A DNA stretch of 63,428 nt, the filler included, from Saprolegnia diclina VS20 (lineage: Eukaryota): the NCBI RefSeq assembly GCF_000281045.1. It is 3 parts of 2 records of this genome, joined end to end, with 100 filler letters (N's around TTAATTAATTAA, not from the genome) between each part and the next. Parts side by side here need not be neighbours in the genome. Positions count along the whole stretch, not along the records: positions 20,501 to 44,167 come from NW_008246194.1; positions 44,268 to 63,428 come from NW_008246194.1; 1 more part is not named here. One strand, written 5' to 3'. Shown piece after piece: positions 34,264 to 45,621 of this stretch. A program made the position numbers and the translations under genes. Every line of letters begins with the position of its first letter. Positions within the stretch are counted from its first letter, which is position 1. The notes beneath the pieces are model-generated. The model saw nothing but the letters and a program-made list of their open reading frames with translations. It made no database searches and was not told the origin of the DNA.

Positions 34264-37200
34264 ATGCAGCGCTTCACGAGCAAGCGGCGCAACCTCAACG
34301 TCGACGCGACGCTCGCGGCCGCGACGCTCGGCGAGTCGCCGCTCTCTTCACCGCTGCGAAAAGAGCAGCACCGACCTTCCGCGCACACGCCGCTCTCGCC
34401 CAACGGTCTCTTGTCGCCGCGCAACCTGCCGGCGAGCTTAGACCGCGTCCCGAGCGAGTATGCGTCCAAAGCGACCTCGAGCCACGCAGGCGGCCACGGC
34501 TTTCTCGTCTACGGCGCGATCGTGTCGTGCTTGAGCATGGACCGCGGCGGCTTCCTCGCCGGCGACGGTCTCATCACGTCCGAGGTGCGACTCGAGGGTC
34601 TCGTGCAGAGCTTAAAAGCCACGGTCGAGCTCGTTGACGCGCAGCTCACCGACCCGGGGGGTCAACGGGACGTCTATGTTGTCGCGTGCCACACCAAGGA
34701 CTGCCTCTTTGAAGTACGTCAGTTGCCCGCTCGAATGGTTTGAAGACGGCGCGTAGGTGCTGCCCAAGATGGCGTACGAAGCCACCGCGGCGTTCGAGGA
34801 AGCCAAGGCATCCGAGGATGCGAGCACGACGTCGACCGGGTTCTCGGACGCCTTCTCCGATCTCAAGTTCAAGAGCGAGTCGGAGCTCCGGCTCAACGCC
34901 AACGTCTACGACAAGCTGCACGGAACGCGCGTCAAGTACGGCCAGGTACGCTCGCTTCCATAGCATCGGCTCAGCTCAAAGACCAGACGGTGCAACTGCG
35001 GCACATCAAGACGGGCAAGTACATAACCATGCAGCCAACAAGGGACAAGGAGACCCTCGAGGTACCTGCTCTCTGCAGACAAACCGTGTTGTATCCCGTG
35101 GAATTAGGTGGTCTTGTCGGACGGCGCGGCGGCGTGCCATCTCACATTGCTACCGCGCTTCAAGCTTCGAAAGACTGGCGAGTCTGTCCAGCTCATGGAC
35201 CAAGTACGATATTCGCTTCTGGTCCTGGACGGAACCAGATGTGGTGCGTTGACTAGATTGTGCTTGCGGCGATGCACAAGGCGCAGCGATTCTCGATGCA
35301 TGTTTCGACCCGCAGCGCCATTGACGGCGCGTCGACGCTCGTGCACGCGTCCGTGTCGCACTCGTCCCAGTGGCGCCTATCGCCCTACGACCACTCGGAG
35401 AAGGACGTCTCGAGCGCAACGACGTACCAGCCCGACACGAGCCGCGGACTTCGATCCGGGCTGTGCATTCGACTGCTGCACTTGGAAACGAGCGCGTGGC
35501 TGGGCTGCGGCGGTGGCGCCGTGCACCTTCGAGCCGAGTCGAGTGCCACATCCGACGCGTCCGACACCAACTCGCCCCTCGTACTGCATGTCCTTATATG
35601 CTACGTCAGCTCAAATGCCTCCTAGTTGTCACCCGAAACGCTGTGGGAAGTCGAAAAGAGCTGCTTCCTCGACGGTGGCCTCTTGCACTGGACCGACAGC
35701 GTGTGCCTTCGTCACGTCCTTACCGGCCAGTACTTGCACGTGGAGAACACGGAGGCAGGGCTCCGAGTGGCCACGAACCCGGTGCCGCAGTCGTCGTACA
35801 TTCTACGCCCCACGACGCTGGTTAACCCGCGGTACGATGTCGTTGTCAACTACATTGTCCCTACGCCGTATATGGCGTAGGTACCCCATTGGTCACAAGA
35901 GCGCGGTGCTGCTCCAGCACGCGCAGACGCTCACCTACCTGCACACGCGAAGCAGCGCCCATCTGCACGTCTCGTCGCCTCTCGTGACACTCTTGACGCC
36001 GCAAGACGAAGACGCGTTCAAGATCGTGTCTGTCTCGTCCACGGAGCTCCACGATACGCTGCGGCTGCTCGCCTACCGTACGCTCTGCGAGAGCTTCATC
36101 GCGAGCTTTGCCAGCGCGTCGGGCGGGGACCCGCGCTTGGACGACGTCGAGCGCGTTCTGAGCCAGCTCAACACGTTTACGTTTCTCGACACGCAGACGC
36201 CCGACCACGTACTATGGCTGCGGCAGACGCTCCTGCACCGGCACCAGTTTGTGCCGCTGCTCACGCGGATGCTCGAGGCGCCGTTCGCAGCGTACGGCGG
36301 TCCGTTCTCAATCGACTACGTCTGCGGGTTCCAGCCCACCGACGAGCCGAGCGACGGCCTCGAAGCTCTGCCCAACACCAACGGCTTTCGGTCGCCTGGG
36401 GGCGGGCGCTCAAGCTCTGGTGTCGCGCCGCCACCCCCGCCCGTCGATATGAGGCTGTTGCCTCTGTTTCAATGGCCGCCGACTGCGATGCGGCAGCTGC
36501 ACCACGTGCTCTGCGCGATCAACATCCTCTTGTTTCGCATGTTCTACAGCAGCAAAACGTCCGACACGTCGGCGTGCCGGCATGCCATGCCCGTCCTGCT
36601 CGCGCTCCTCGGACATGGGTTCAAGGCGTCGGTGCCGCTCTCATATTTGATCCAAGAGAAGTTCCACCTCTCCGAGTCGTTTGCGTCCTTCTCCGCGATC
36701 GTCCGCAACTTCTTTGATCTGATTCGGCGCCACGGCAAGGCGATGCGGTACCTGCAGTTCCTTGTCGTGCTCTGCTCGGCCAACGGCCACGCAGTCCCCA
36801 AGGTCCAGGAAAAAATCTGCGAGCTGCTCTTCAACCCGAGCCACGGCTACTCGGACGCCGTCCTCGTGCACACGCGCCCGACGCCATCGGGCCTCGAGCT
36901 CTGCGTCGACGCGAGCGCGGACCAGTGGGTCTCGCTCAGCACGTTCTTTGACGACTACTATAGCCACAAGTCGCATGCGACGCTCGCCCCGTACTTTTAC
37001 GGCCTCCTGCAGCTTTACTGCGCGCTCTGTATGGACCGCAACTACACGTGCATTCGGTGCTTGGCCGGCAGCTTTCCGCGCGCGAGTCTCTTGGCGTGCG
37101 TGCAAGACGCTGCGCTCTCGCGGTCGATCCGCGCGGTGCTTCTGAACCTCCTCGTCGCGCTGCACCTGGACTGCGAGCCGCAGACGCCGCTGCCGAGCCC

Positions 37201-40200
37201 CAACTACACGCGTATCTGGAAAGAGGTGTTGTTGCACCAAGACAAGCTCCCGGTCGCGCGAGATGGCATGTACTCTGCCGACGACTGGGCCTTCTTTGGG
37301 CAGCTCCAGTCGCTCGCGATGACGTACTTTCGCAAGCAAAATGGACTCGTCATCATCACCGAGGCGGCACAGAACGACCTGACGTTAGCGTTTGTCCGGC
37401 TGTGTAAAAAAATGGTGGCGTTCGGGCTCTTTCGGTCGATCGCTGAACTCGGCGCGCTTGTGCTGGAGCTGGTCAAGCTCCTCGACAGCCGCACCGACTA
37501 CTGGTACCGGCCGTCGACCAAGTCGCATCGGGAGTTGGTCGACCCCACCGAGGTGATCGTGTCGCCCACCTTCTTCCACCGGTCGTCCGAGTCGACGCGC
37601 TTTGACCTCCAGGCGCAGAACGCCATCATCCAGCAAACCGAGGGCGGCCAAGCCATTCGGCGGGCGTCGCTCGAGCCCGCGCGTCTCGCAACAAAGAAGT
37701 CCCTCGAGTACACTGCGTCTATATCGCATGCGGTGCGACTCATGGGTGCTGTAGGCCAGCGTCCCCGCGCCGGCGTCGACGGTCGACCAACGCGCCCAAG
37801 CTCAAGGCGCCCGTGGAGCCTCCGATGAAGACCAAGTTCCAAATGACCGACCTCACGCAAGTGCTCATGGAGATCAAGGACGACATTTGCGCGACACTGC
37901 TGCTTGTTGACGCGCTCCGCCTCGACGCGCAGATCTCGACGGTGCTCGTGACGCTGGCGACCGAGCCGCCGTTCCACGCCCCCCGGTGGCGCCGAAGCGC
38001 GTCCAAGCCCCTCTCGACGCTGGCGCGCTCGATGTTTGAGACACCGAACCTTCGCTGCCGCTACAGCCTCTCGGAGCTCGCGCACCGACCGATCGACACG
38101 ATCTTGCTGCAAGCGCTAATGTACGAGCACCCGCCGCTGGTGTCCAAGGCGCTCGAGCTGCTCATGCAGCAGTTCAACCAGCACGAGCAGGTGACGAAAG
38201 CACTCGCCAACGTCCTCCTCCTCGTCAACGACGCGACCGTCGGCATCTACAGCCAGCTCCAAGCCGACGTGCAGCGATTGTGCCATTTCGCCGAGACGAC
38301 CGAAGTCTGGATGAACCTCACGTCAACCGACGATTTCAATGTGGCGACCTCGGTCACGGGCCTTCTCACCTCCTTTACGGCGCTTCTGCAGTCGTCTGGG
38401 ATCGTGCCCGAGATCCGGGAGCGCCGCCACAGCCTCACCATTGGGCCGCCAAAGCCGGCGACGCATTCAGCGAGTGCGCATCAAGTCGAAGTCCGGCGCC
38501 TTCTCCGTAATCTCAACGCCATGCAGACGATCTTCGACATGCTGCGGGACGGCAACCACTTTTTCAAGAGCCATTTTCCGTCCGTTCTAGGGGATGCAAG
38601 CCGAGCGACAAGTCCGACGGCGCACGCGACGTCGAGCTTTAGCCGCCCGCAGCAGCAGGCCGCGCTGCGTCCCGTCTTTGTCGAAGCGCTGCGCTTCTTC
38701 TACGCGTTTGGCGCGGCCAACAGCATGAATGTATCGCTGCTCGCCGAGCACACGCTGGCGCTTCTAGACCTCGTCGAGGAACTCGAAGAGGCGCAAGACG
38801 TACTGACGCTCATCTACGGCAGCAGCGAACCCCTCTGCAAAACAGTTCCCGTCAAAGTCCTCCAGCACTTTCTCGATCTCTGGCGCGTCGAGCTCGAGGT
38901 GCACCAGCAGCCCAAAGGGCGGTACGTTCACGCCCTCGAAGCGCTCGTCCGCGTCGGGGACGCGCCCGTGCCCGAGAACCAGCTCGTCGTTCTTCTCGAG
39001 CTTGTCAAGCCCGAGGTCGGGTACCTCCAGCTACTTAGCGCCTCGCCCGCCGGGTTTCTCACTCTCCTCGCCGAGACCAAGGTCGAGCCGAGCACGGAGC
39101 GAGACGCGGTCGTGACCTACCACCTCGACGTGCTGCACTTGCTCGCGTCCTGTGCTTTGGGAAATGACGCACGGCTCAAAGACCTCTGCGCGTCGATCCT
39201 GTCGCTCGACTCGCTTCTGAGCCTTCTGCACGTGGCGGCGTCGACCTGCGTCGGCAGTCTCCACGAGCATCCGTGGCTCGGCAATGTCGCCATGGCGCTT
39301 GCTCGGTTTCTGAAGGAAGTCTACTTGACCTCGGAGGCGCCACCGTGGTCGCAGCAGCCGCAAGCCACCCACGATCAGATCGTAACGACGCTCGACACGC
39401 TGTTCGTCGAATGTATTGCGCAGTCTCTAGTCGATTGATGGACTTAATTTCGACTGACTAGACACGTTTGCGCACCTCTGCTGCCTCCAGCAGAGGGACG
39501 CCGCCGCGCTGACACCGCCGCAGGCACATGTCGTGTACGACGGCGGGCGTATCTGGGTCGACGTGGCGTCGGCGTCTTACAAGAAGCTGGCGACTGACGA
39601 TCCGCCGTACGAGTCGCACCTTCTCACGTTGCTGCTGCCGGCGCTGCAAGCGTGCGTAGTCGAGCTCTCGGCTCCTGCGTCCGTGCTCATCTCCCTCTAC
39701 GAGACGCTGTTCTCGCTGCTCTCGACAGCCGTGACGGCCACGACGTTTGCGCAGCTCTCTCCGTCCGACCAAGACGCTCTCCTCGCCGCCGCACGGGTCC
39801 TCGACAAGCTTGCGTCGGCCCAGAACGACCCGAGCGCCCTTGAAAACCTCGCGTACGAAGCGTCGGCGCGCCCCAAGCGGCCGTACTTGGGCCAGAACCG
39901 CGTACTGCGCTCGATTGTGCTTGGCGAAGCAAGCGCCAGAGAGACCCTTCGGGCGCTCTACGACCAGCTGCAGCACCCAGACGCAGCGATGGCCTCACCG
40001 CCGAGAACGTCGCTGACAGCGCGGCCCAAAGACGCGCTGCACGTCTCGCGCTCGTCGCCCACCAAAGGGCTTGGACCGCTGCGACAGGCCACGACGCCGT
40101 TGTCACCACCGTCGCCGGTGAAATCGCCGGCGCCACATTCGCGCTGGCAATCGTCGCTCGCGCGGTGTCGGCAGTTTTTGTCGCTGTCACCTCTGGACGC

Positions 40201-43200
40201 CGGGTGCGCCACGGCTTGCAAAAAGAGAGGTTGTCATGATTGCTGAGTAGGTGGGACGGCGCCAAGCATGGCGGGATGGTACCGGTGGTCGCAAGTGAAG
40301 ACGGTACGGTCCTCGACACGTTTCTAGCGCTCGTCAAAGCGGACCCCGAGACCCAAGTCGCACGGTCGGCAGAGCTGCACGCGATGATGCAGCGCATCTT
40401 GCACTTGGAGGACGCTCTTCGCGACGAAGCCGAGTCGATTTCGGATGTCCCCAAGTCGTCCTTGACCTTTGATGACGTCATCCTCAAGCTCATCGAGCAC
40501 TTCAAGGTACACTCGTACTCGACGGCGACGACGCAAACCGAGTGTGTAGCTGCTCAAGCACGCCAAGTATGCCAAGATGAGCGTCGCTCTTCTCGACATC
40601 TTTTGGTATAGTCCCACACACAGACTGACTATAGACAAAACTGGTATGATAGTCAAATGATCAAGTCGCTCGAGCCGTCGCGACGCCATGCGATGCAGCA
40701 GAAGCTCGACAAGCTCGGCCTCACCGTGCTCGTGGTCAACATCATTAGCTCGACGACCGACAGAGTTGTCTTTGACCGCAGCATCGCCCTCGGCATCGCC
40801 CTACTCGACGGCATGAACGCCAAAGTACGTCGCCTCCTACGCTGATCCATGCAGCTAAACTGGACCAACTAGGTCCAAGAGAATTTTTACGCAACGTGGA
40901 CCGAGTCCAAAACGACCAAGTTCTTTGAGCGTCTCAAGCATCGAATGGACAGCGTGCGTCGACTCTCGTTGCCTCGTGCAAGAAGTGATGCGGGCGTAGG
41001 CGACGGACGAGGTCAAGACCGTCGCACAAGTGCCCGCGCTCGATGAGCTGCCCCGGCCCCACTCGATGGTCCTCCGGCTCTCGCACCAGGCGCGCAGCGG
41101 ACGTCTCGAGCCGGCCGACGACGCACCGTATGCGAGTATCGTAGCGATCTTTCGGTTCCTCCAGCTGCTCTGCGAGGGCCATTACCTCCATACGCAGCAG
41201 TATTTGCTCGCGCAAGGGAGCACTGTGAGCAGCATCAACCTCGTCGAAGCCACCACGTCGTTTCTTCTCGAGATCTACCCGAGCCTCAACAGCGCCAACG
41301 TGCTGTTGTTCAAGCAGCTCTTTGACACCATCACCGAGTTTTGCCAGGTATGTACTGCATTTTAGATGACGTTGCGACCACGCGGGGTAGGGTCCGTGTC
41401 ATGAAGCACAGGAGTGCGTCGCCAACTACAAGTTTATTTCGGTTGTCAACGAACTGCTGGTCGTGACGTCGCTTCCCGAGAGCGACGCGCGTCTGCACAT
41501 GCGGCAGCTCAAAGGCGCGATCGTGGTCTGCCTCCTGAGTCTCATTGAAGGTCGGACCGATGACATTATCCACGACCGGCTTGTCACCGAACTCAACTTT
41601 GACACGATCAAGGACAACGTGGTCGATGTCCACCGCTATTTTCAAGAGACGTACCACGTACGTCTTTGGCGTGGCTCGTCAGTATGGACAAGTCGTCTTC
41701 TAGGGTGTCTACGACGGCAACACGGCGTGCAGCACGGACGCATTTCTGGCATTGGGCTTCAACGTGCACATTCTGATCCAGCACCTCATGGAATACCAGC
41801 CGTCGCTCGGCAACACGCTCTTCCCCAAGCAGTCGGCGTCGCACTTGACGCAGGTCGAGCGGAGCTTTAGCCTCCTCACGTACGAGGCGTTCACGCGCTG
41901 GCTGAAAGCGACCGCGAACGCAGAGTTCGGATCGGGCTTGCAGCAAAAAGACGCGGCTTACGCAGTGGCGTACGCCTTCTTTGACGCCAAGTGCGCGCGC
42001 GTCGAGCTCGTGTGGCACCTTCGCGGCGTGCCGCATTTGGTGCAGATCTATTTTCCCATCCACCCGATCTGCTGCTGCGTCACGCAGCGTTCGAAAGACC
42101 GGCTCAAAACCCACATGCCATTGGATCCAAGCTCCAAGCTCAGCGCGTTTTTCGCCCACACGTCCAATTTACTGCACGAGATGGAGTACCAGAGCCAACT
42201 GCAGCAGCAGTTTCTGCTCGCGTGGCTGCTGCGCCAGACGCACCGCCTCCAAGTGCTCTCGTTCGTACTCGCCCTCCTCATCAACCTCCTTGTCGTCACG
42301 ACCTTGCGCGCTGACGCCAACACGTCGCAGCCGTACTCGGCCTGGCAGCGCGGCGCGACCACGGACGGACCTGGCATTGACGCGCTATTGACGGTCCTGG
42401 GGTCGATCCAAGTCGCGCTTTGCACCACCGTCTTTGTGCTCTACGCGGTGCACACGGTGCCGCTGCTCATCACGGAAGGCTGGCACGCCGAGAAACGCAA
42501 GCTCAAGAACACCATCGGTGGCACATCGACGCCGCACGCCCGCAGCGACGTCGACGCCGCCGAGTCGCTCCAGGACGTGGAGGACCTCCTGCGGCTTTTG
42601 GGCGACCGTGACGAAGACGTACGTGGCTATCTATTTTGGAGTTTTTTCAATGACTGGGGCTAGGTCCTGCGCACCAAGCAAGACCGGGTTCGCAACGTCG
42701 TCGTCTCAGTCCGGTTCCTTCTGCGGGACCCGCGGCTGGTGTACTATGGTCTTTTGGTCATGATCCCGGTGCTGGGCACCTATGTTCACGTGCAATTCTT
42801 CGCCTTTCACGTCCTCGACATTATCAACCGGTCCCAGGTACGAACTACAAAATTGTTTAAATTTCAGAAAAATCACAAAAATCATGAAAACTCAATCTAG
42901 GAGCTCAAAAACGTCCTCAAAGCCGTGGTGCTGCCGGGCAAGTCGCTTCTCCTCATCTTTGCCTTGTACTTGCTCCTCGTCTACATCTTTGCGACAATTG
43001 GGTTTTTCTACTTTCGGCCCGATTATACGCCAGAGACCATCGCCAACCCGAATGCACCGCAGCGCTGCAGCACGCTCTTCCTCTGCTTTCTCTCGTCCTT
43101 CGACTTGGCCTTCAAAAGCAACGGCGGCCTCGGCGGTTTCCTCCTGCCCCGGGCCCTCGGCACCGACCCGCTTGCGACGGGCCGTTTTGTGTACGCCGCT

Positions 43201-43929
43201 CTAACCTTTCGTAGTGTCTCAGCGGTCTACACTAGGTTTGACAATGCGTACAACATCATCCTCATGGTCATTTTGCTCAACATAACCTTTGGCATCATCA
43301 TCGACACGTTCGCGACGATCCGCACGTCGCACAAGGAGCGCGCCGAGGAGCTCCGGGACCGGTGCTTCATCTGCTCGATTGACGGCTACACGTTCGACCG
43401 GCTCACGAAGCGCGGGTTCGAGTACCACACGCGCCTCGAGCACAACATGTGGCATTATTTGTATCTCTTCGTGCACATCAACAAGAAGGACTACACCGAG
43501 TACAACGGCATCGAGCTCTACCTGGCCATGAAGATGGCCAAGAACGACGTGTCGTTCTTCCCCAACCACCGGGCGATGGCCCTTGAGAAGGCCGACCCGA
43601 CGCTCCAGCTCGTGCCCGACGACGATGCTTCAGACACGAATAAGAAGCCAATGACGACGCCCGTGACGCTGAGCGACGCCAAGCGTGCGAGCACAGACCG
43701 CAAGCTCGAAGTCCTCGCCAAGAAGGAGGATCCGGCCACAGCGCGTCTCGAGAAGCACCTCGACGCGCTCTTTGAGCAGCACGAATCGCTGCGGGAACGG
43801 CAGAAGAGCATCGAAGACGTCCAGCGCCAAGTGCTTGCGACGCAGCAAGCGATTCTTGCGCTCCTCAACCAGAATACTGCTTCGCCAGTCAAGCTCCAGC
43901 GCAAGTCCGAGCACTTTTTCCCAGAGTAA
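34264..43929 (+). CDS. Inositol-1,4,5-trisphosphate/ryanodine receptor family Ca2+ release channel, multi-exon
   Basis: N-terminal MIR-like motifs (CLFEV.PKM.Y, VKYGQ.VQLRHIKTGKY, LWEVEK, CLRHVLTGQYL). RIH YLQFLVVLCSANG.AVPKVQ. RIH-associated FRFLQLLCEGH and ITEFCQGPC. TM block, then LLNITFGIIIDTF, CFICSID..TFD and EHNMWHYLY. Confidence 0.9.
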
Positions 43930-43976
43930 AATATCCTCTCTGACGACAAAAAGATTGATTGCAAGCGACAATAAAC

Positions 43977-44002
43977 ATCTATCTATCTATCTATCTATCT
44001 AC
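43977..44002 (+). repeat. (ATCT)n microsatellite
   Basis: About 6 ATCT units downstream of the channel stop codon. Confidence 0.85.
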
Positions 44003-44071
44003 CTGGATTGGCAACTTGCACATTGAAAACTTGTTGGCTGTGTGCAGTGTGTTGCATTGAGTTCCACAAAG

Positions 44072-44131
44072 CTGTTTTAAACGTCGTATAAGACACTGTT
44101 TAAAACGTCGTATAAGACACTGTTTAAAACG
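44072..44131 (+). repeat. 24-bp tandem repeat (CTGTTTAAAACGTCGTATAAGACA x2.5)
   Basis: Direct repeats just before the second gap. Confidence 0.85.
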
Positions 44132-44167
44132 CATAGCACCATTCCCACTTTCTGCTTGCAGTTTGAG

Positions 44168-44267
44168 NNNNNNNNNNNNNNNNNNNNNNNNNNNNNNNNN
44201 NNNNNNNNNNNTTAATTAATTAANNNNNNNNNNNNNNNNNNNNNNNNNNNNNNNNNNNNNNNNNNNN
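44168..44267. other. Assembly gap with artificial six-frame stop spacer
   Basis: N run containing TTAATTAATTAA. Confidence 0.97.
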
Positions 44268-44464
44268 GACACCGCGACGCGATCGCCAACCTCAAGACCG
44301 CGGACTGCGTCGGCACCGAGACCATCGAGATGGAGACCATCGAGTGGGACCCCAACGCCAACACGTGCGTCGACATTGCGATCGACGCTGCTGGGCACGA
44401 AGACGTGTACAACAACTACGACTCGGACGACTCGGGCGACTGCTGCTCCATGTTTGAAGGCTGA
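44268..44464 (+). CDS. 3' end of an unknown gene (acidic tail), 5' part lost in the gap
   Basis: GC3-rich frame ...DAIANLKTADCVGTETIEMETIEWDPNANTCVDIAIDAAGHEDVYNNYDSDDSGDCCSMFEG* ending at TGA 44464, followed by AT-rich DNA. Confidence 0.55.
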
Positions 44465-44864
44465 GAAACACCAGTTCTATGCAGTCGACATCTACTAAAA
44501 TACTAAAATACATAACTTGAGCACTTGGGTGCCTCAGTCCTCATACACTGTACTCGTCGGTGGTATCTTCAACATCAACACAGATGGCCGTGGACGGACC
44601 GACGAGGTGGACATGCCCGCATTGCAGACGCGTTTCTAGGCGAATGCCTCGTTTCATTGTGCAAGAATGGGCAATTTCCCAATGTGGTCATGTTGTCTGT
44701 TGCACCCGCCAGACGAAGGAGCCACTAGACGCTATGGATCTCGCGGTCCTGCTCGATAACGATACCCTCGCGAGTACCTCCTGTTCTGTGGACCTTCCTT
44801 GGCGTGTCTCAGATATTGTACTGTCCCGCCAAGATCGTCATTCGGTGATTTGCCTCTTGGCGAA

Positions 44865-45530
44865 ATGTCATTTCTCCTACTCACCTTCTCGGTGCTTGGT
44901 CTGCTGCTGCTGGCCGTCGCCCACCGACCGACGACGCCACCGCCGATACAAGCTACGTCGCGCTGCGCTATCTGCTGGGACTCGGTCGCCGTCACCGCCG
45001 GCATGAGCCACTGCGGCGACTGCACAACGCTCTGTTGCGCCCCGTGCCTTCGACTGTACCTCCAGCGTAAAGCCGAGTCGCGCAACACGACGTTCGAGAG
45101 CCTGGCGTGCGTCGGCTGTGCGCGGCCACTCACCAAGCATGTGCTGCGAGAGCTCTTGTCTCCAGGGCTGTACGCGACCTTGTGCAAGCGGCTTGCGCCA
45201 CACCACACCGCGAGCTGCCCGCGACGCGGTTGCGACGGCACACTGTACCTTGAGATGAACCGGAGCAAGTGGTTCTTTCAGCGGCGCGCCTTCTGCTCTC
45301 GCTGCCTCCGCCCCGCGTGTCTCAAGTGCGGGAAGGCGTACCATTGCCTGCCGACGTGCCAGGACCGCCGCTTCGAGGCCTACTGCCGCGCGCACAACGT
45401 CCAGACGTGCCCTAGCTGCCACCGCTACATTCAGCGGTCGGGTGGCTGCCACTACATGGAGTGCATCAAGTGTTCGCACGCCTTCTGCTGGAAGTGTCGA
45501 CTGCCATGGCGCTTTGGCCACGCCTGCTAG
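44865..45530 (+). CDS. Minimal RBR (RING-IBR-RING) E3 ubiquitin ligase with hydrophobic N-terminus, intronless
   Basis: RING1 CAICWD..CCAPCLRLY..CVGC, IBR CPRRGC..CSRC..CLKCGKAYH..TC, RING2 CPSCHRYIQRSGGCHYMECIKCSHAFCWKC. An INR-like TCATTC lies upstream of ATG 44865. Confidence 0.85.
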   Translation: MSFLLLTFSVLGLLLLAVAHRPTTPPPIQATSRCAICWDSVAVTAGMSHCGDCTTLCCAPCLRLYLQRKAESRNTTFESLACVGCARPLTKHVLRELLSPGLYATLCKRLAPHHTASCPRRGCDGTLYLEMNRSKWFFQRRAFCSRCLRPACLKCGKAYHCLPTCQDRRFEAYCRAHNVQTCPSCHRYIQRSGGCHYMECIKCSHAFCWKCRLPWRFGHAC

Positions 45531-45621
45531 CTCCTAGGAGTCTCTTCACTAAACGCAAAACACGAGCGGACTCTAATCTTGTCTTGTTGTACAACTCTAC
45601 GACAACAAACAGAAACGAAAT

